DNA of 64,000 bases from positions 108,128,001 to 108,192,000 of the forward strand of contig OZ336870.1 of NCBI GenBank assembly GCA_965287045.1, in the 5' to 3' direction. The position numbers were made by a program, and so were the translations under genes. Positions 62,323 through 64,000 of this stretch are shown here, one piece after another. The notes beneath the pieces are model-generated. The model had not been told where the DNA came from, ran no database searches, and saw nothing but the letters and a program-made list of their open reading frames with translations. Every line of letters begins with the position of its first letter. Positions within the stretch are counted from its first letter, which is position 1. Source of the stretch: Carcharhinus amblyrhynchos. Lineage: Eukaryota.

Positions 62323-62595
62323 ACGCTCCTCAGCATTTGTATTTTCATCCAGAGTCTTCAGGATATTTTCCACTCGAGCCAAACGACCGGAGAGGGAAAG
62401 CAGCAAGTTCACTACTTTATCCAAATCCCCAATGAACATCTTGTACTTTTCAAACTCGTTGGACTTGCACAGGCCTTTAATCATGTTCTCCACATCCTCA
62501 CCCACAGCACTGTTCAGTTTCATGTCAGCTGCAAGGTTCTCCTTGGCTTCACGTAGGGTCTGGAGTTTGTACGTTATACTTTCAATTAGCTCAGA
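62323..62595 (-). CDS. SHROOM3: SHROOM3 penultimate coding exon (273 nt, ASD2 domain)
   Basis: Polypyrimidine tract and TGTAG acceptor; [19 protein letters not shown]...[27 protein letters not shown]...EER; donor GTACGT; phase 0 on both sides. Confidence 0.92.
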
Positions 62596-63527
62596 CTACA
62601 AATCAAGAAAGACAGAGAACAGAATTAAATTAGGAGAAAGTGTAATATCACTTCGGAAGCTTTTTGTTAAAACCTTTAAAAGCCTAACTAATTTTGACCA
62701 TTTCACTCATTCACCACATTTTTGTTTACTGTTGTCACATTACACTGTATAGGATGAATTTACATTCCAGTGTTATCATGGGTGGCTTCAGGAAGTGTGC
62801 TGCACAGCAAATGATGGGGTGCCACTACCTGCAGAGGGGCAGGAAACTCAGTGAGGAGATGCCACTGGCAACAAGCAATTGGCCATCATTTGTTTTGGCC
62901 CAGTAAAGGCTTCTGCAGGCCGGTGATCTGATCATCCCTGGCTTCAGCACACGTGTCTCTGCTTTCAGGAAAATCAGACAGGCAGAAGCAAAGAAGTCAT
63001 TCACATCTGTCAAACGGGTGTTGGTCCGTTACTGCTGGCTGTATAGAATCCTCCTCCCTCCCCCAGCATAAATCACAGTAGCAACACGGGCATCTCCAGC
63101 ATGAATTACTTCTACTTGATTGAATTACGTAATGTAAAGAGGCATCAGTCAGCAGCAGATCACTTTCTGTGGCTGCACTGAAAACCATATCAAAGGATCT
63201 GTAATAGTGAATGTTGTTGAAAGGATGTGGCAATTCTTCATGGTCTGTGGAAGGCCCAGGACATTGCCACTGCAAACTGATATTGACATACATTCATCAT
63301 GTCACATCAATATGCAGCAAATTGATGCTAGTGGTCTAAATTCAACCAAATAAAAATAACTTTTTTTTCAACTAGCTGTTCTGCACCAGAAAGACATTTC
63401 AAAGAGAAAATATAATCATTATCTGCAAAGCAACCGACTAAGTTATTATTCTGCCTATTAAAAACAGCAGCATTTGGCTATTCCTCCTGAAGGTTCTGAC
63501 ATTCTTCATATAAGAGCCTCCGTAACT

Positions 63528-63666
63528 GGGGCCGGAATTCTCAGACCTGGCCTGCGGCTGGGGTTCTCCAGGACTGCTGCAATGAATGCGGATTTGGCCG
63601 AGCGCCAAATTCTCCATCCTTGCTGGCAGTGGTAGCGGGGTGTACGAGACTGGAAAATTCTGGCCA
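63528..63666. mobile_element. MITE related to 34594-34802, in a SHROOM3 intron
   Basis: Termini ggccggaattctc / gaaaattctggcc. Confidence 0.5.
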
Positions 63667-63889
63667 GAGCCTTGCAGGCTGTTTGACTGCGCTGGATGTG
63701 GCAATGAGGTTGGAAGTAGCAATGAGCAGGCCCAACACTGAGGCTAATAAACCGTGGCGTGCCACCTGCTACGGTACCAAAGATTAGTTAACTCAGAGTT
63801 TAGTATCATATTGGAATAGTACTTTCAGCAACTGAGAAGTGATGCAGCCAAGTTTCGCTTTTGGTGATGAAGGTTTGAAATGGCAGTAC

Positions 63890-64000
63890 CTTTTTCTCAT
63901 TGATGTCTGTCTCTTCTTCCTCCTCATCTTCACCGGAATTTCTCTGCATATCCTTTACTTTCTTCACCAGTTCAGCTTTGACAGCAGATGCGCTGTGATA
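63890..64000 (-). CDS. SHROOM3: SHROOM3 third-to-last coding exon (partial, runs off the window)
   Basis: Translates YHSASAVKAELVKKVKDMQRNSGEDEEEEETDINEKK, followed by donor GTACTG. Matches the start of the SHROOM3 ASD2 region (KAELLNKIK...DVNEKK). Confidence 0.88.

Noticed and set aside
62282-62752. 156-aa plus-strand ORF
   Set aside because: Antisense shadow of the SHROOM3 penultimate exon.

Overview
Eukaryotic vertebrate genomic DNA, almost certainly a shark, judged from the V-SINE/HE1-like SINEs and the CR1, Rex1, L2, Tx1 and Penelope landscape. The window covers the conserved SEPTIN11 - SOWAHB - SHROOM3 block. It holds the 27-nt first coding exon of a SEPT11-like gene (minus, 12243-12269; the rest of the gene lies left of the window), the intronless SOWAHB gene (plus, 18067-20073) with a CRE/CCAAT/GC-box promoter, and the last three coding exons of SHROOM3 (minus, ASD2 domain). 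Most of the remainder is nested transposable elements, including a young CR1 LINE with an intact ORF2. Most short ORFs in the track are repeat-derived noise. The most interesting signals are three. (1) A small Penelope-derived element with a perfect 83-bp inverted repeat, a 13-bp TSD and an intact minimal hammerhead ribozyme core (7633-7910). (2) A polyadenylated short retroelement whose head matches the U2 snRNA 5' end, a SINEU-like candidate (53884-54141). (3) A heavily decayed, colinear ADNP-like zinc-finger relic antisense in the septin intron (about 2040-3650). All family assignments come from reading motifs by eye; no database search was run, and repeat boundaries are approximate.
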